Position numbers and translations under genes: made by a program. Below the pieces are notes generated by a model, which had not been told where the DNA came from, did no database searches, and saw nothing but the letters and a program-made list of their open reading frames with translations. Shown here one piece after another: positions 47,020-56,651 of a stretch of 64,000 bases of DNA. Within the stretch, counting starts at the first letter, position 1; each line of letters starts with the position of its first letter. Source of the stretch: an uncultured Acidobacteriota bacterium (GTDB taxonomy: Bacteria; Acidobacteriota; Vicinamibacteria; Vicinamibacterales; 2-12-FULL-66-21); NCBI GenBank assembly GCA_963771415.1, contig CAVYTI010000004.1, forward strand, positions 822,723 through 886,722, given 5' to 3'.

Positions 47020-48143
47020 GCACTGCGGCGATCGATCAGATGTTCCGGGCGATGTGCGATGCGGGCGCGTCGGACCTGCATCTCTGCGTCGGCACGTCGC
47101 CGATGATCCGCAAGGACGGACACATGCAGCCGCTCGACCCGGCGGCGCCGGTGCTGAGCGGCGACGACCTGGTGTCGCTCCTGGCGCCGATCATGCCGGA
47201 GAAAAACCGGAAGGAGTACGCCGATCGGCACGACACCGACTTCGCCTACGAGATTCCGGAGCTGGCCCGCTTCCGGTCGAACGTGTTCGCAGATCGCCGC
47301 GGGCCGGGTGCGGTGTTTCGTGTCATCCCGTCGAAGATCCTGACCGCCGAGCAGCTCGGTCTGTCGTCCCACATCCTGCAGTTGTGCAAATTGAACAAGG
47401 GGCTGGTGCTGGTCACCGGGCCCACCGGCTCGGGCAAGTCGACCACGCTGTGCGCGATGATCGATCACGTCAACCGGACCCGGCAGGATCACATCATCAC
47501 GATCGAGGATCCAATCGAGTTCGTGCACGAAAATCAGAAGTGCCTGATCAACCAGCGCGAGGTTCATACTCATACCGGGTCGTTCAAGGACGCGCTGCGC
47601 GCGGCGCTGCGCGAGGACCCCGACATCATCCTGGTCGGCGAGCTGCGCGATCTGGAGACGGTCGCCATCGCCATCGAAACGGCCGAGACCGGCCATCTCG
47701 TCTTCGGGACGCTTCACACCACGACCGCGGCGTCGACGGTCGATCGGATCATCGATCAGTTTCCCGCCGATCGGCAGGCGCAGATCCGCATCATGCTCTC
47801 GGAGTCGCTCCGCGGCGTGATCGCGCAGACCCTCTGTCGCCGGATCGGCGGCGGGCGGGTGGCGGCGCTCGAGATCCTGATCGCGACGCAGGCGATCAGC
47901 AATCTGATCCGGGAAGGCAAGACGTTTCAGATTCCGTCGATCATGCAGGTCAACAAGGCGGCGGGCATGGTCACGCTCAACGACGCGCTGATGGAACTGG
48001 TCACCAAGAAGCTCGTCGCGCCGGACGAAGCGCTGGCCAAGGCGGTCGACAAGCCGGGCTTCGAGTCGTTGCTGAAGCGCGCCGGGTTGAACACCGCTCC
48101 TGTCGCTGACGGGCGTCCGCGCCCGCAGCCGACATCCGCCTGA
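47016..48143 (+). CDS. pilT: type IV pilus twitching-motility ATPase PilT
   Basis: ASDLHLCVGTSPMIRKDG..., GLVLVTGPTGSGKSTTL (Walker A), IITIEDPIEF, REDPDIILVGELRD (Walker B), ETGHLVFGTLHTT, and AIRNLIREGK-like ISNLIREGK. Confidence 0.92.
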   Translation: MSTAAIDQMFRAMCDAGASDLHLCVGTSPMIRKDGHMQPLDPAAPVLSGDDLVSLLAPIMPEKNRKEYADRHDTDFAYEIPELARFRSNVFADRRGPGAVFRVIPSKILTAEQLGLSSHILQLCKLNKGLVLVTGPTGSGKSTTLCAMIDHVNRTRQDHIITIEDPIEFVHENQKCLINQREVHTHTGSFKDALRAALREDPDIILVGELRDLETVAIAIETAETGHLVFGTLHTTTAASTVDRIIDQFPADRQAQIRIMLSESLRGVIAQTLCRRIGGGRVAALEILIATQAISNLIREGKTFQIPSIMQVNKAAGMVTLNDALMELVTKKLVAPDEALAKAVDKPGFESLLKRAGLNTAPVADGRPRPQPTSA

Positions 48144-48172
48144 TCGACCCGCTGTGGCATAGTCTTTGGGCA

Positions 48173-48877
48173 GTGGGAATCGATCTGCTCGTGTTCGGGC
48201 CTCACGCCGACGACATCGAGATCGGCCTGGGCGGCACGATCGCGCGCCACACGGCCGAGGGGCGGTCGGTCGGCCTGTGCGATCTGACCGGTGCAGAGCT
48301 CTCCAGCAACGGAACTCCGGAGCAGCGCCGGATCGAGGCCGACCGCGCCGCGAAGGTGCTCGGCGCCCGGTGGCGCGAGAACCTCGGCTGGCCCGACGGC
48401 GGCATCGTCGCCACTCCACCGCTGATCCGATCAGCGGTCGATTTGATCCGTCGTGAGCGACCTCGCGCGATTGCGATTCCCTACTGGGACGACCGGCATC
48501 CCGACCACGTGGCGTCGAGTCAGGTGCTGCGCACAGCGATCTTCACCAGCGGGCTCCGCCGCTACGCGACCGGCGCCGAAGCGTGGCGGCCGGACTGGAT
48601 CTGTCATTACTTCATCAACGACAGTGCGACCCCGTCGTTCGTGGTAGACGTCTCGGCCCATTACCAGCGCAAGCGCGAGGCGCTCGACTGCTATTCGAGC
48701 CAGTTCAGCCCGGACGCCGACGGAGCGGTCGCGACGCGGCTGACGGCGGCATCGTTCCGACAGCTCATCGAGAGCCGCGACGCTCAGTTCGGCGCGCTTG
48801 CCGGCGTCGCGTTCGCCGAGGGCATTGTCGTCCGCGGACCAATCGTCCGTTCGGGCCTGCTGAAAGACGCGCCATGA
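48173..48877 (+). CDS. bshB1: bacillithiol biosynthesis deacetylase BshB1 (PIG-L/LmbE family)
   Basis: DLLVFGPHADDIEIGLGGTIARHTAEGRSVGLCDLTGAELSSNGTPEQRRIEA...DRHPDH... aligns by eye along its whole length with Bacillus BshB1 ([23 protein letters not shown]...GICDLTEADLSSNGT). Confidence 0.85.
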   Translation: MGIDLLVFGPHADDIEIGLGGTIARHTAEGRSVGLCDLTGAELSSNGTPEQRRIEADRAAKVLGARWRENLGWPDGGIVATPPLIRSAVDLIRRERPRAIAIPYWDDRHPDHVASSQVLRTAIFTSGLRRYATGAEAWRPDWICHYFINDSATPSFVVDVSAHYQRKREALDCYSSQFSPDADGAVATRLTAASFRQLIESRDAQFGALAGVAFAEGIVVRGPIVRSGLLKDAP

Positions 48878-50028
48878 ACATCGGCATGGTGTGCTATGCC
48901 TCGGTCGGCGGAAGCGGCGTCGTCGCCACCGAGCTGGCCCACGCGCTGGCACGACGCGGCCACCAGGTTCATCTGATCAGCAGCGAGCCACCGTTTCGCT
49001 GGCGATCCGGCGTGCCGGGCCTGTCGTTCGTACCGGTCGAAGTCCCACCCTACCCACTCTTTCGCGAACCGCAATACCTCCTGGGCCTGACCACGACCAT
49101 CGCGCGCGTCGCGGAAGAGCGTCAATTGGACATCGTCCATGCGCATTACGCGGTGCCGCATGCCACGGCGGCGTACCTTGCCGAGCGGATGCTCACCTCG
49201 GCGCCCGCGGTCGTGCCACCCCGCACCGTGACCACGCTGCACGGGACCGACATCACCCTCGTCGGCAGCGACCCTTCGTACGCGCGGGCGGTGGCCTTCT
49301 CGATCGAGCAATCGCACGGCGTCACGGCTGTCTCGCAGAGCCTCAAGGCCGACACCGTCTCGTTCCTCGGCATCCGACATGACATCACGGTGATTCCGAA
49401 TTTTCTGGATTGCACGGAATATCGCCGCCGGCCGGATCCTGCGCTGCGCGCCGAGCTGTGCCCGCCGGACCGTTACGATGCCCTGGTCATTCACGTCTCC
49501 AACTTCCGTCCGGTAAAACGGGTGGACGTCGCCTTCGAGGTGTTCCGGCGGATTCGCCAGCGCGTCCGCGCGAAGTTCGTCCTCGTCGGCGACGGCCCTG
49601 TTCGCGAAGACATCGAGCGCCGCGTACGAGACATCGGTCTCGACGAGGACGTCGCGTTGCTGGGCGAACAGCAGGATCTCGTCGGCATCCTCTCGTGCGC
49701 CGATCTGTTCCTTCTCCCGTCGGCTCAGGAAAGCTTCGGACTTGCCGCGCTGGAAGCGATGGCCTGCGAGGTCCCGGTGGTGGCCTCGAACGTCGGTGGG
49801 CTGCCGGAAATCATCGAGGACGGCGTCACCGGATTTGTCTGTCCGCCTGAAGCCATCGAGCTGATGGCCGAGCGCGGAACTGCGTTGCTGACACAGCCCG
49901 CGCTCAACCAGTCGATTGTCAGCGAGGCCGCGCGCCTCGTGCATGCCCGCTACTGTACGGACTCCGTCGTGCCCTTCTACGAGGCGGAGTATCTGGAGGT
50001 CCTCCGGCGCCCGGCTCCAGCATCCTGA
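48874..50028 (+). CDS. bshA: N-acetyl-alpha-D-glucosaminyl L-malate synthase BshA (GT4 glycosyltransferase)
   Basis: [36 protein letters not shown]...[12 protein letters not shown]...TTLHGTDIT...[11 protein letters not shown]...[35 protein letters not shown] matches BshA by eye. ATGA overlap with bshB1. Confidence 0.85.
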   Translation: MNIGMVCYASVGGSGVVATELAHALARRGHQVHLISSEPPFRWRSGVPGLSFVPVEVPPYPLFREPQYLLGLTTTIARVAEERQLDIVHAHYAVPHATAAYLAERMLTSAPAVVPPRTVTTLHGTDITLVGSDPSYARAVAFSIEQSHGVTAVSQSLKADTVSFLGIRHDITVIPNFLDCTEYRRRPDPALRAELCPPDRYDALVIHVSNFRPVKRVDVAFEVFRRIRQRVRAKFVLVGDGPVREDIERRVRDIGLDEDVALLGEQQDLVGILSCADLFLLPSAQESFGLAALEAMACEVPVVASNVGGLPEIIEDGVTGFVCPPEAIELMAERGTALLTQPALNQSIVSEAARLVHARYCTDSVVPFYEAEYLEVLRRPAPAS

Positions 50029-50045
50029 CCCGCGATCCGCTTCGC

Positions 50046-51185
50046 TCAGTCGTGATCGTGTCCGTCGTGGCCCGACAGCGCGTTGATGCGACCGTAGAGC
50101 CCGTGTTTCTCGCCGTCCGGCCCTGCCGTGAAGAACAGCGCGTTGGTCGGCTGGCCGGACACGCCGTTTCCGAATGCCAGTCCCCACAGCCCGTCAACGC
50201 TCAGCGTCCGATGGTCCGCCGTGCGCATTTGTCCCTCGAATTGACCGGAGCTCAAGTCGAACGCGTTGATCCGGCCGTCGCCGAAGTTGCCAACCAGCAA
50301 CATGTTGCTGAACCGACCGAAATCCCCCGGGGCGAGTGCTACGCCCCACGGCGCGTTGAGCGTCCCCCGCGAGGCGAGTCGACGAATCAACCGGCCGTCC
50401 GCGTCGAAGACATTGACGAAACCCCGCCCGACACCCGCAACTTCGTCGTGCTTGTCCGCATCCTGCTTCGCATACATCACATACAGATTGCCGAGAATGT
50501 TCTGGACATTGAACGGCGCATAGCCCGCCGGCAGGCGCGGATCTTCGAACCGGCCGGCGACGGACATCGGGTGAAAGGCCGCGTCGAAGACGTCAATCCG
50601 GTTGTTGTGGAAGTCGGCGGCGTACAGAAAATGACCGGTGCCATCCCCCGCCAGCGTCAGGCCCTTGTAAACCGCCCCGTTCGTGGAGTGTGGAACGGCG
50701 AGTATCGCGTGCGTCCCGTCCACGTTGGGCGCCCAGCCTGAAATGCTGCCGTCTTCGGTCGCGAAGATGAAGCGGCTTGGCCCCGAGAGTGTTCCTTTCG
50801 TCACCACGAAGTCGGCGCCGCCGCTGAAGACGATGCCGGTAGGAGCACTCGGCGAAGCGCCGTTGTCAGGCGGTGGAACCGTCACGACCAACATCTGCTT
50901 TTCGCCTGCACCGTTGTAGAGCGTCGATACGCCGGTGCCGTTGTTGGCAACCCAGACAACGGCGGTGGGATTGAACGCAATGCCCCATGCATTCACCAGA
51001 TCGGCGTCTTTGTGGTCGGCGGGTACGCCTCCGTCCGAGACGAGATTATGTACCGAGTACAACGCGGCTCCGTTGTCATCGAAGCCCTGCGACTCGGCTT
51101 TGACGATCGTTGTCAGGCCGGCCAGCCCCGCCAGACACGCCACGACGCAAAGGCCAAGGATCAGACGAGGACGCTGTGTCTTCAT
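50046..51185 (-). CDS. TIGR03118 family secreted beta-propeller protein
   Basis: Signal peptide MKTQRPRLILGLCVVACLAGLAGL. YSVHNLVSDGGVPADHKDADLVNAWGIAF...VWVANNGTGVSTLY... Start at ATG 51185. The upstream part of track ORF 50046..51554 is Arg-rich shadow. Confidence 0.8.
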   Translation of the reverse strand: MKTQRPRLILGLCVVACLAGLAGLTTIVKAESQGFDDNGAALYSVHNLVSDGGVPADHKDADLVNAWGIAFNPTAVVWVANNGTGVSTLYNGAGEKQMLVVTVPPPDNGASPSAPTGIVFSGGADFVVTKGTLSGPSRFIFATEDGSISGWAPNVDGTHAILAVPHSTNGAVYKGLTLAGDGTGHFLYAADFHNNRIDVFDAAFHPMSVAGRFEDPRLPAGYAPFNVQNILGNLYVMYAKQDADKHDEVAGVGRGFVNVFDADGRLIRRLASRGTLNAPWGVALAPGDFGRFSNMLLVGNFGDGRINAFDLSSGQFEGQMRTADHRTLSVDGLWGLAFGNGVSGQPTNALFFTAGPDGEKHGLYGRINALSGHDGHDHD

Positions 51186-51480
51186 GTTTTCCCTCCTGGA
51201 AGGCTCGTTGCCCCGGATGGAGCCGAGGAGGCGCGCAGGTGGGGGAACGTCGGCGAGCTCGACGCCGTGCACGCTGTGCCGACGACGCGGTGCAAGTGCG
51301 GATCCTGTCCTGGTTGGTTCACTGGGTCGTGGGATCGGCCGATCTGGCCCGTTCTCGTTCACGCGCCGGCACAGCCATGCGCGACGTTTTCGTCCAGCGT
51401 CGAAGGCTTTCGCGGATCGTCGGGCACCTAAGCTCGAGTGGAGCCTCGCGGGTGAGCAGCGCATATACTCACAATCCGCC

Positions 51481-52317
51481 GTGCCTCTCACGCCCATCGA
51501 TACTCGTCCGTTGTTCAGGCCGCTCACCCAGGACATCGTCGCGTTGCTGCGCACGCTGCCGGCGACGGATTGGGAGCGTCCAACGGTCGCAGGAAGCTGG
51601 CGGGTACGCGAGGTCGTCGCTCATCTGCTCGACACCGGACTTCGGACGCTGACGGTTGTCCGGGATGGAGGGAAGGGACCGGCACCAGAGCGGCCGATCT
51701 CGAACGAGCGGGACCTCGGCGCGTTCCTCAACCGGTTGAACGACCGGTGGATTCGAGCAACAGAGACACTCAGCCCCCGCGTGCTCACCGACCTCTATGA
51801 TCGGACGAGTCACGACGTCGCGGAATTCATCGAGAGTGCGTCTCTCGAAGGGCCGGCGCGGTTCGCTGTGTCCTGGGCCGGTGAGTCGAAGTCAACCGCG
51901 TGGTTCCATATCGGCCGCGAGTTCACCGAAATCTGGCATCACGGAGCGCAGATCCGGGACGCCGTCGGTGCCGCGCCGTTCGGGGATGCGCGATGGCTTC
52001 ACGCGGTCCTCGATGTCGCGGTACGAGGCCTGCCTCACGCCTACCGCACGACAGCCGCGTCTGCCGGCCGGACGATTCAGTTCGAGGTCAGCGGTCCGTC
52101 GGGAGGCCGGTGGTGGCTCGTGCGGACGGATGCGGGCTGGGACATCAATGCCGGCGTGACGCGCGGTCCTGACGCGACGGTGAGCATGAGCGACGAGGTC
52201 GCCTGGCGCCTGCTCTTCAACGCGCTGCCGCTGGCGGCGGCCGAGCCGGTTGTTCGCCTCGGTGGCGACACCGCACTCGGCCGTCCCGTGTTGAGCGCGC
52301 GGTCGGTCGTGCTCTAG
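51481..52317 (+). CDS. DinB-fold / maleylpyruvate isomerase N-terminal domain family protein (thiol-dependent enzyme family)
   Basis: VPLTPIDTRPLFRPLTQDIVALLRTLPATDWERPTVAGSWRVREVVAHLLDTGLR... has the WxVxxxxxHL motif of the MDMPI_N/DinB_2 domain. GTG 51481. The 5' 180 codons of track ORF 50935..52317 are not protein-like. Confidence 0.7.
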   Translation: MPLTPIDTRPLFRPLTQDIVALLRTLPATDWERPTVAGSWRVREVVAHLLDTGLRTLTVVRDGGKGPAPERPISNERDLGAFLNRLNDRWIRATETLSPRVLTDLYDRTSHDVAEFIESASLEGPARFAVSWAGESKSTAWFHIGREFTEIWHHGAQIRDAVGAAPFGDARWLHAVLDVAVRGLPHAYRTTAASAGRTIQFEVSGPSGGRWWLVRTDAGWDINAGVTRGPDATVSMSDEVAWRLLFNALPLAAAEPVVRLGGDTALGRPVLSARSVVL

Positions 52318-52341
52318 ACCACGACGGCGATTTCGCTCCGC

Positions 52342-55300
52342 CTAGAACGTCAACTTTGCGGACAGCTGCACCTGACGCGGGTCGCCCACACCGCTGCGCA
52401 GGAAACCGTTGAAGTCGAAGAGCAGCGGCGTCGTCAACGGGTTGACGTTGTTGTCGTTGTTGAAGGTGTTGAACATCTCGATCGTCGGGATCACCTCGTA
52501 GCGGCCGCCAAACCTGAACCCCCTCGACAAACGCCAGTCGAGCGAGAAGTAGGCGTTGTCCTTGCGATCCCAGTTGCGGCCGCGGTCGTCGCCGTTGAGC
52601 ACCCGTGGCGAGGTCGTGATCGGCTGCGCCGTGCGTCCCTGCACCCGAACGTTGAACAGGAACTGCTTCGGAAGCTCGGCGTAGGTGTAGAAGTTGACGC
52701 GGTGGCGGATGTCGCGGTCCGACGGACCGTAGTCGAGATCGAGATTGTAGAAGTTGAACGAGCGGTCGGTGAACGGGTCGCGCTCATTCGAGTCGTCGTC
52801 TTCATCCTTCGACAGGACGTAGTTCGCTTCCAGCTGGTATCGCTGCGCGAAGCGTTTCCTGACGCCGAGCGTCAGGCCGCGATACAGGCCGTGGCCGAGG
52901 CTATTGGTAACGAACACGTCGCCGAGCAGCGGCTCGAACGGATTGGCGCCGACGTAGGTCGTCGTGTCGCGCGTGGCCGGCTGGTTCGCCGCGGCAGCCG
53001 TGCCGTGCACGTTGTAGTTCAGGAACCGGGTCAGGTGAACACCCTTGGCGACGGTAAAGTCGGCGTAGGCCGTCGCGTTCGGCGCGATCTCCCGCTCGTA
53101 GCCGGCATTGAAGCTGTAGACGCGCGGGTTCTCGTAATTACGATCGAAGACCCGAATCCCGGTAAAGAGCGGGAAGGTGCCGGGCGGCACGGCGCTCGGC
53201 GGCAGCAGGTTCGGCCACGCCGGCCCGCCACCGAAGGCGGTCGACCGGAAGTCGCTCTTCTGCTGGATCCCGTTGGTCGTGACCGAGCCCACCTGGCTGA
53301 GCATGTTCTGGCGCGCGTAGTAGACTCCGGCGCTGCCCCGGAGAACCGACTTGCCGTCCTGATTGATGTCCCAGGCGGCGCCAACGCGTGGCTGGAACTG
53401 TTTCCACTGACTTGGAATCTTGCCGTCCGACGGAAACCGCGGATCGCTCAGGAACGGGGCGAATGCCGTCGTCGCCGGATCGACGGTGTCGGGCATGGTC
53501 TGCGCGTCCCACCGCAACCCGTAGTCGAGCGTGAGCCCGTGGCCCGCCTGCCAGCGATCCTGGACGAACAGCGCCACCTCGTTGTTGTTGATGTCGGAGG
53601 CGCCCGCTGCGTCGCGCGCGACGCCGTCCGGGCTGCTGCTCTGCAGGTAGAACAACAGCGGACCGCCGGTCGACGTGGTGCCGGCCGGGCACGCCGTCGG
53701 CATGGTCACGAAGGAGCCGTCGGAGCAGCCTGCCGTCAACGGACCGAATCCGCCGGGTGCGGCTGGCGATGAGTAGCGCAGGAAGCCGGTCACGCTGTCG
53801 AACAGGTAGCGGCCCTCGAAGAAGCCTCGGAAGACCTGCGCGTTGTTCGTGCGCACCCACTCGGCGCCGGTCTTGATCGTGTGCTTGCCCGTGACGATCG
53901 AGAAGTTGTCCTTGACCTGGAACCGCTTGACCAGCTCGTCGACGTTGGGCGCGAGAAAGAACGGGTTGCCGAATCGAAACGACGGCGCGAAGCCGATGCC
54001 GGTGTCGGCGGGAATGGCGGACGGCGTTGCCGTCCCGCGGCCGGTTCTCACGCGAGTAGGTGACGTGCAACTCGTTCAGCTTGTTCGACGTGATCGAGCT
54101 GAACAGGTTCAGGTTCAGCATGTTGATCTTCGACGGCCCTTCGGTGCCGTTGGCGGTCGTGCCGTAGGTCGGGACGTCGAACGTCTGATTGCGGTTGTTC
54201 GAATGATCGAAGTTGTACGACACCGACAGGTTGGTGGTGGGCGTGACGTTCCAATCCGCCTTGGCCAGCAGCGCGGTGTTGTTGACGGTGTGGTCGACCG
54301 GCTGCCCTTCATCCTGATTCAGTCGGGTCTTGAAGAAGGACAGCAGTGCCTGCCGCTGGCAATCGGCGCTGCCGTTGATCAGCGCTTCGTTGGCCGCCAG
54401 CGTCGGATTGGTCACCGAGCACGGCGTGCCGATCGGCACCGACAGGTTCGGTCGCAGCAGGTTCTCCTGGATTCCTTCGAGGGCGAAGAAGAAGAACGCG
54501 CGATCCTTCTGCACCGGTCCACCGACGGTGCCACCGTACTGCTGGCGATGAAAGTCGGTCAGCGGGGTGCCATCGGAGGCCTTGGACGTCAGCCCCTCGA
54601 GCCGCTGGAAATAGAACATGCTGCCCTTGACTTGATTGGTGCCCGACTTGGTGATGACGTTGACGACGCCGCCGCCGGTGCGGCCGTATTCGGCCGGGGC
54701 GCCGGTCGCCACGACCTGGAACTCCTTCACCGCTTCGAGCGTGATGTCGATGGCCGCGCGCTGCCCGCCCATCTGCTCGCCGAAGAAGCCGTTGTTGTAG
54801 TCGCCGCCATCGAGGCTGATGTTGTTGAACACGCCGCGCTGGCCGGCGAAGTTGATCTCGTCGCCGTCGGGTCCCTGCGCTGACGCTGACGCCGGGGGTC
54901 AGGGTGAGCAGATCCTCGAACTTGCGCCCGAGGATCGGCGTCGTCTCGATCGTCTTCTCGTTGAGCGTGGCGGCGGCCGCGGTGCGCGTCGCTTCGACGG
55001 TGGACGACTGCGTCGAGACGGTGACCGTCTCGGCCACGCCGGATACCTTCATGCTCGGCGTCAGGCGGACCGATTCACCGACGGTGACCAGCACGTCTTC
55101 CTGGACCAGCGTGGCAAAGCCCGACAGCTTGAACGTGACCGTATAGCGTCCCGATGGGAGCTGTAGCGCGACGAAACGACCGTCACGATCGGTGACGAGC
55201 GTGCGCGTGAAGTTGGTGTCGACGTTGCGGACTTCGACATCGACGCCGGGCAGTACGGCGCCGCTGGCATCGACCACGACCCCTTCGATGACTGCTGTCG

Positions 55301-55379
55301 TGATCTGCGTCTGCGCCCGGGCGGGTAGGGTGAATCCGAGAGCGATGCCCACCACGATGAGCCAGATCCTGATTCGCAT
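52342..55379 (-). pseudogene. TonB-dependent receptor with N-terminal carboxypeptidase-regulatory-like domain, interrupted by single extra bases near 54878 and near 54022 (as sequenced)
   Basis: Three track ORFs in successive +1 frames. 54309..55379 gives a signal peptide, then VIEGVVVDASGAVLPGVDVEVRNVDTNFTRTLVTDRDGRFVALQLPSGRYTV...LTLTPGVSVS. 53138..54832 gives (GPDGDEINFAGQRGV)FNNISLDGGDYNNGFFGEQ...LHVTYSRENRPR. 52342..54051 gives ...SAIPADTGIGFAPSFRFGNPFFL... and ends QVQLSAKLTF, the terminal aromatic residue of a beta-barrel. Confidence 0.85.
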
Positions 55380-55394
55380 CGTACGACCTCCTCC

Positions 55395-55433
55395 GACCGC
55401 GGAATGCGTGTGGAAAACCGCAGCGTATCACCG
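55395..55433. repeat. third copy of the ATTCCGCGG-type intergenic repeat (inverted), upstream of the TonB-dependent receptor gene
   Basis: The reverse complement reads CGGTGATACGCTGCGGTTTTCCACACGCATTCCGCGGTC. It shares GCATTCCGCGG with 9673-9683 and GTTTTCC with 9740. Confidence 0.45.
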
Positions 55434-55525
55434 TTCTTTGGGATCCGGCGCGTGCGCCATGACGCCGCCGGCAATTTATTTCGTCCCTGTGGCACGCCGT
55501 CGCGGCGTGTGCTAGGCTCGCCGCC

Positions 55526-56377
55526 GTGAGCACTGAATTCTCGATCTCACGTCGGACATTTCTGGCTGTCGCCGGCACGCTGCCGTTCGCGGCCTCGGGC
55601 CTGGCGGCGTGGCTGAAGGACGTTCCCGTCGGCCTCGAGCTGTACTCCGTGCGCAACGAGCTTCAGAAAGACTTGAAGGGCACCGTCACCGCGGTGGCGA
55701 AGGCCGGCTACCAGGTCGTCGAGTTCTACGCACCGTATCTCGACTGGACGGTCGACGCGGCGAAGGACGTCCGGAAGCTGCTCGATGACCTCGGCATCAA
55801 ATGCCTTTCGACGCACAACAACGGTCCCTCCTTCACCGACGAGGGGCTGCAGAAGGCGATCGAGCTCAATCGGATCATCGGCAGCAAGTACATCATCATG
55901 GCCAGCGCCGGGCGCGTGACCGGGCTGGACGGCTGGAAAACGGTCGCCGATCGGTTGACCGCCGTCGCCGAGAAGCTGCGACCGCTCGGGATGTCGACCG
56001 GTTATCACAATCACCAGGCCGAATGGCCGGCGATCGACGGCAAGCGGCCGATGGACGTGCTGGCGGCCAACACCCCCAAGGATGTCGTGCTGCAACTCGA
56101 CGTTGGCACATGCGTGGAGTCAGGCGCCGACCCGGTTGCGTGGATCAACGCAAACCCGGGGCGCATCCGCAGCGTCCACTGCAAGGACTGGGGAGCGGGC
56201 GCGAATCGCGGCTACACCGTGGCGTTCGGCGAGGGAGACGCACCCTGGAAGAAAATCTTCGACGCCGCCGAAGCGACAGGTGGAGTGGAGTACTACCTGA
56301 TCGAGCAGGAAGAGAGCCCCGACCAGCTGCAGATGGCGCGACACTGCCTCGAGAACTGGAAGAAACTGCGCGCGTGA
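55526..56377 (+). CDS. Tat-exported sugar phosphate isomerase/epimerase (xylose isomerase-like TIM barrel)
   Basis: SRRTFLAVAGTLPFAASG is a Tat-type leader. ...GYQVVEFYAP..., ...GYHNHQAEW..., ...LQLDVGT..., ...YYLIEQE... Confidence 0.8.
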   Translation: MSTEFSISRRTFLAVAGTLPFAASGLAAWLKDVPVGLELYSVRNELQKDLKGTVTAVAKAGYQVVEFYAPYLDWTVDAAKDVRKLLDDLGIKCLSTHNNGPSFTDEGLQKAIELNRIIGSKYIIMASAGRVTGLDGWKTVADRLTAVAEKLRPLGMSTGYHNHQAEWPAIDGKRPMDVLAANTPKDVVLQLDVGTCVESGADPVAWINANPGRIRSVHCKDWGAGANRGYTVAFGEGDAPWKKIFDAAEATGGVEYYLIEQEESPDQLQMARHCLENWKKLRA

Positions 56378-56422
56378 TGCGCCGCGTTCCGGCCGTTGTC
56401 GGCCGGGTTCGTCAGCACCCTG

Positions 56423-56566
56423 CTAGATGCCGCGTCCGCGAATCACGCGAATCAGCAGGAAAATAATCGCGATCACCAGCAGGATGTGCAGAAAACCGCC
56501 AAGCGTGTACTTCGTGATCACGCCGAGCAGCCATAGGATCACGAGAATCACGACGATGCCCATCAT
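56423..56566 (-). CDS. lmo0937-family small membrane protein (47 aa)
   Basis: Below the ORF-track cutoff. My translation is MMGIVVILVILWLLGVITKYTLGGFLHILLVIAIIFLLIRVIRGRGI. GGAGG lies 10 nt upstream of the ATG. The pattern hhhhLWLLG...GG.hHhLLVIAhhhhhhRhhRGR is the family signature. Confidence 0.75.
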   Translation of the reverse strand: MMGIVVILVILWLLGVITKYTLGGFLHILLVIAIIFLLIRVIRGRGI

Positions 56567-56651
56567 GGTGAAATGGCCTCCGCTGCGATCGTGACCCTTC
56601 GCCCCGCCAACCTGGATCCGCCGAGGTCTTCGCCCATCGCCCGGGCGTCGG

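Noticed and set aside
50935-51480. N-terminal 180 codons of the 460-aa track ORF, with similar long extensions at 44593-44664, 45727-46041, 46422-46637 and 51186-51554
   Set aside because: The extensions are Arg/Pro-rich and overlap the neighbouring gene or promoter region. Family-typical N-termini and ATG or GTG codons are found further in; a GGAG-type ribosome-binding site was confirmed by eye only for some genes (for example upstream of ATG 33709 and of the pspA GTG).
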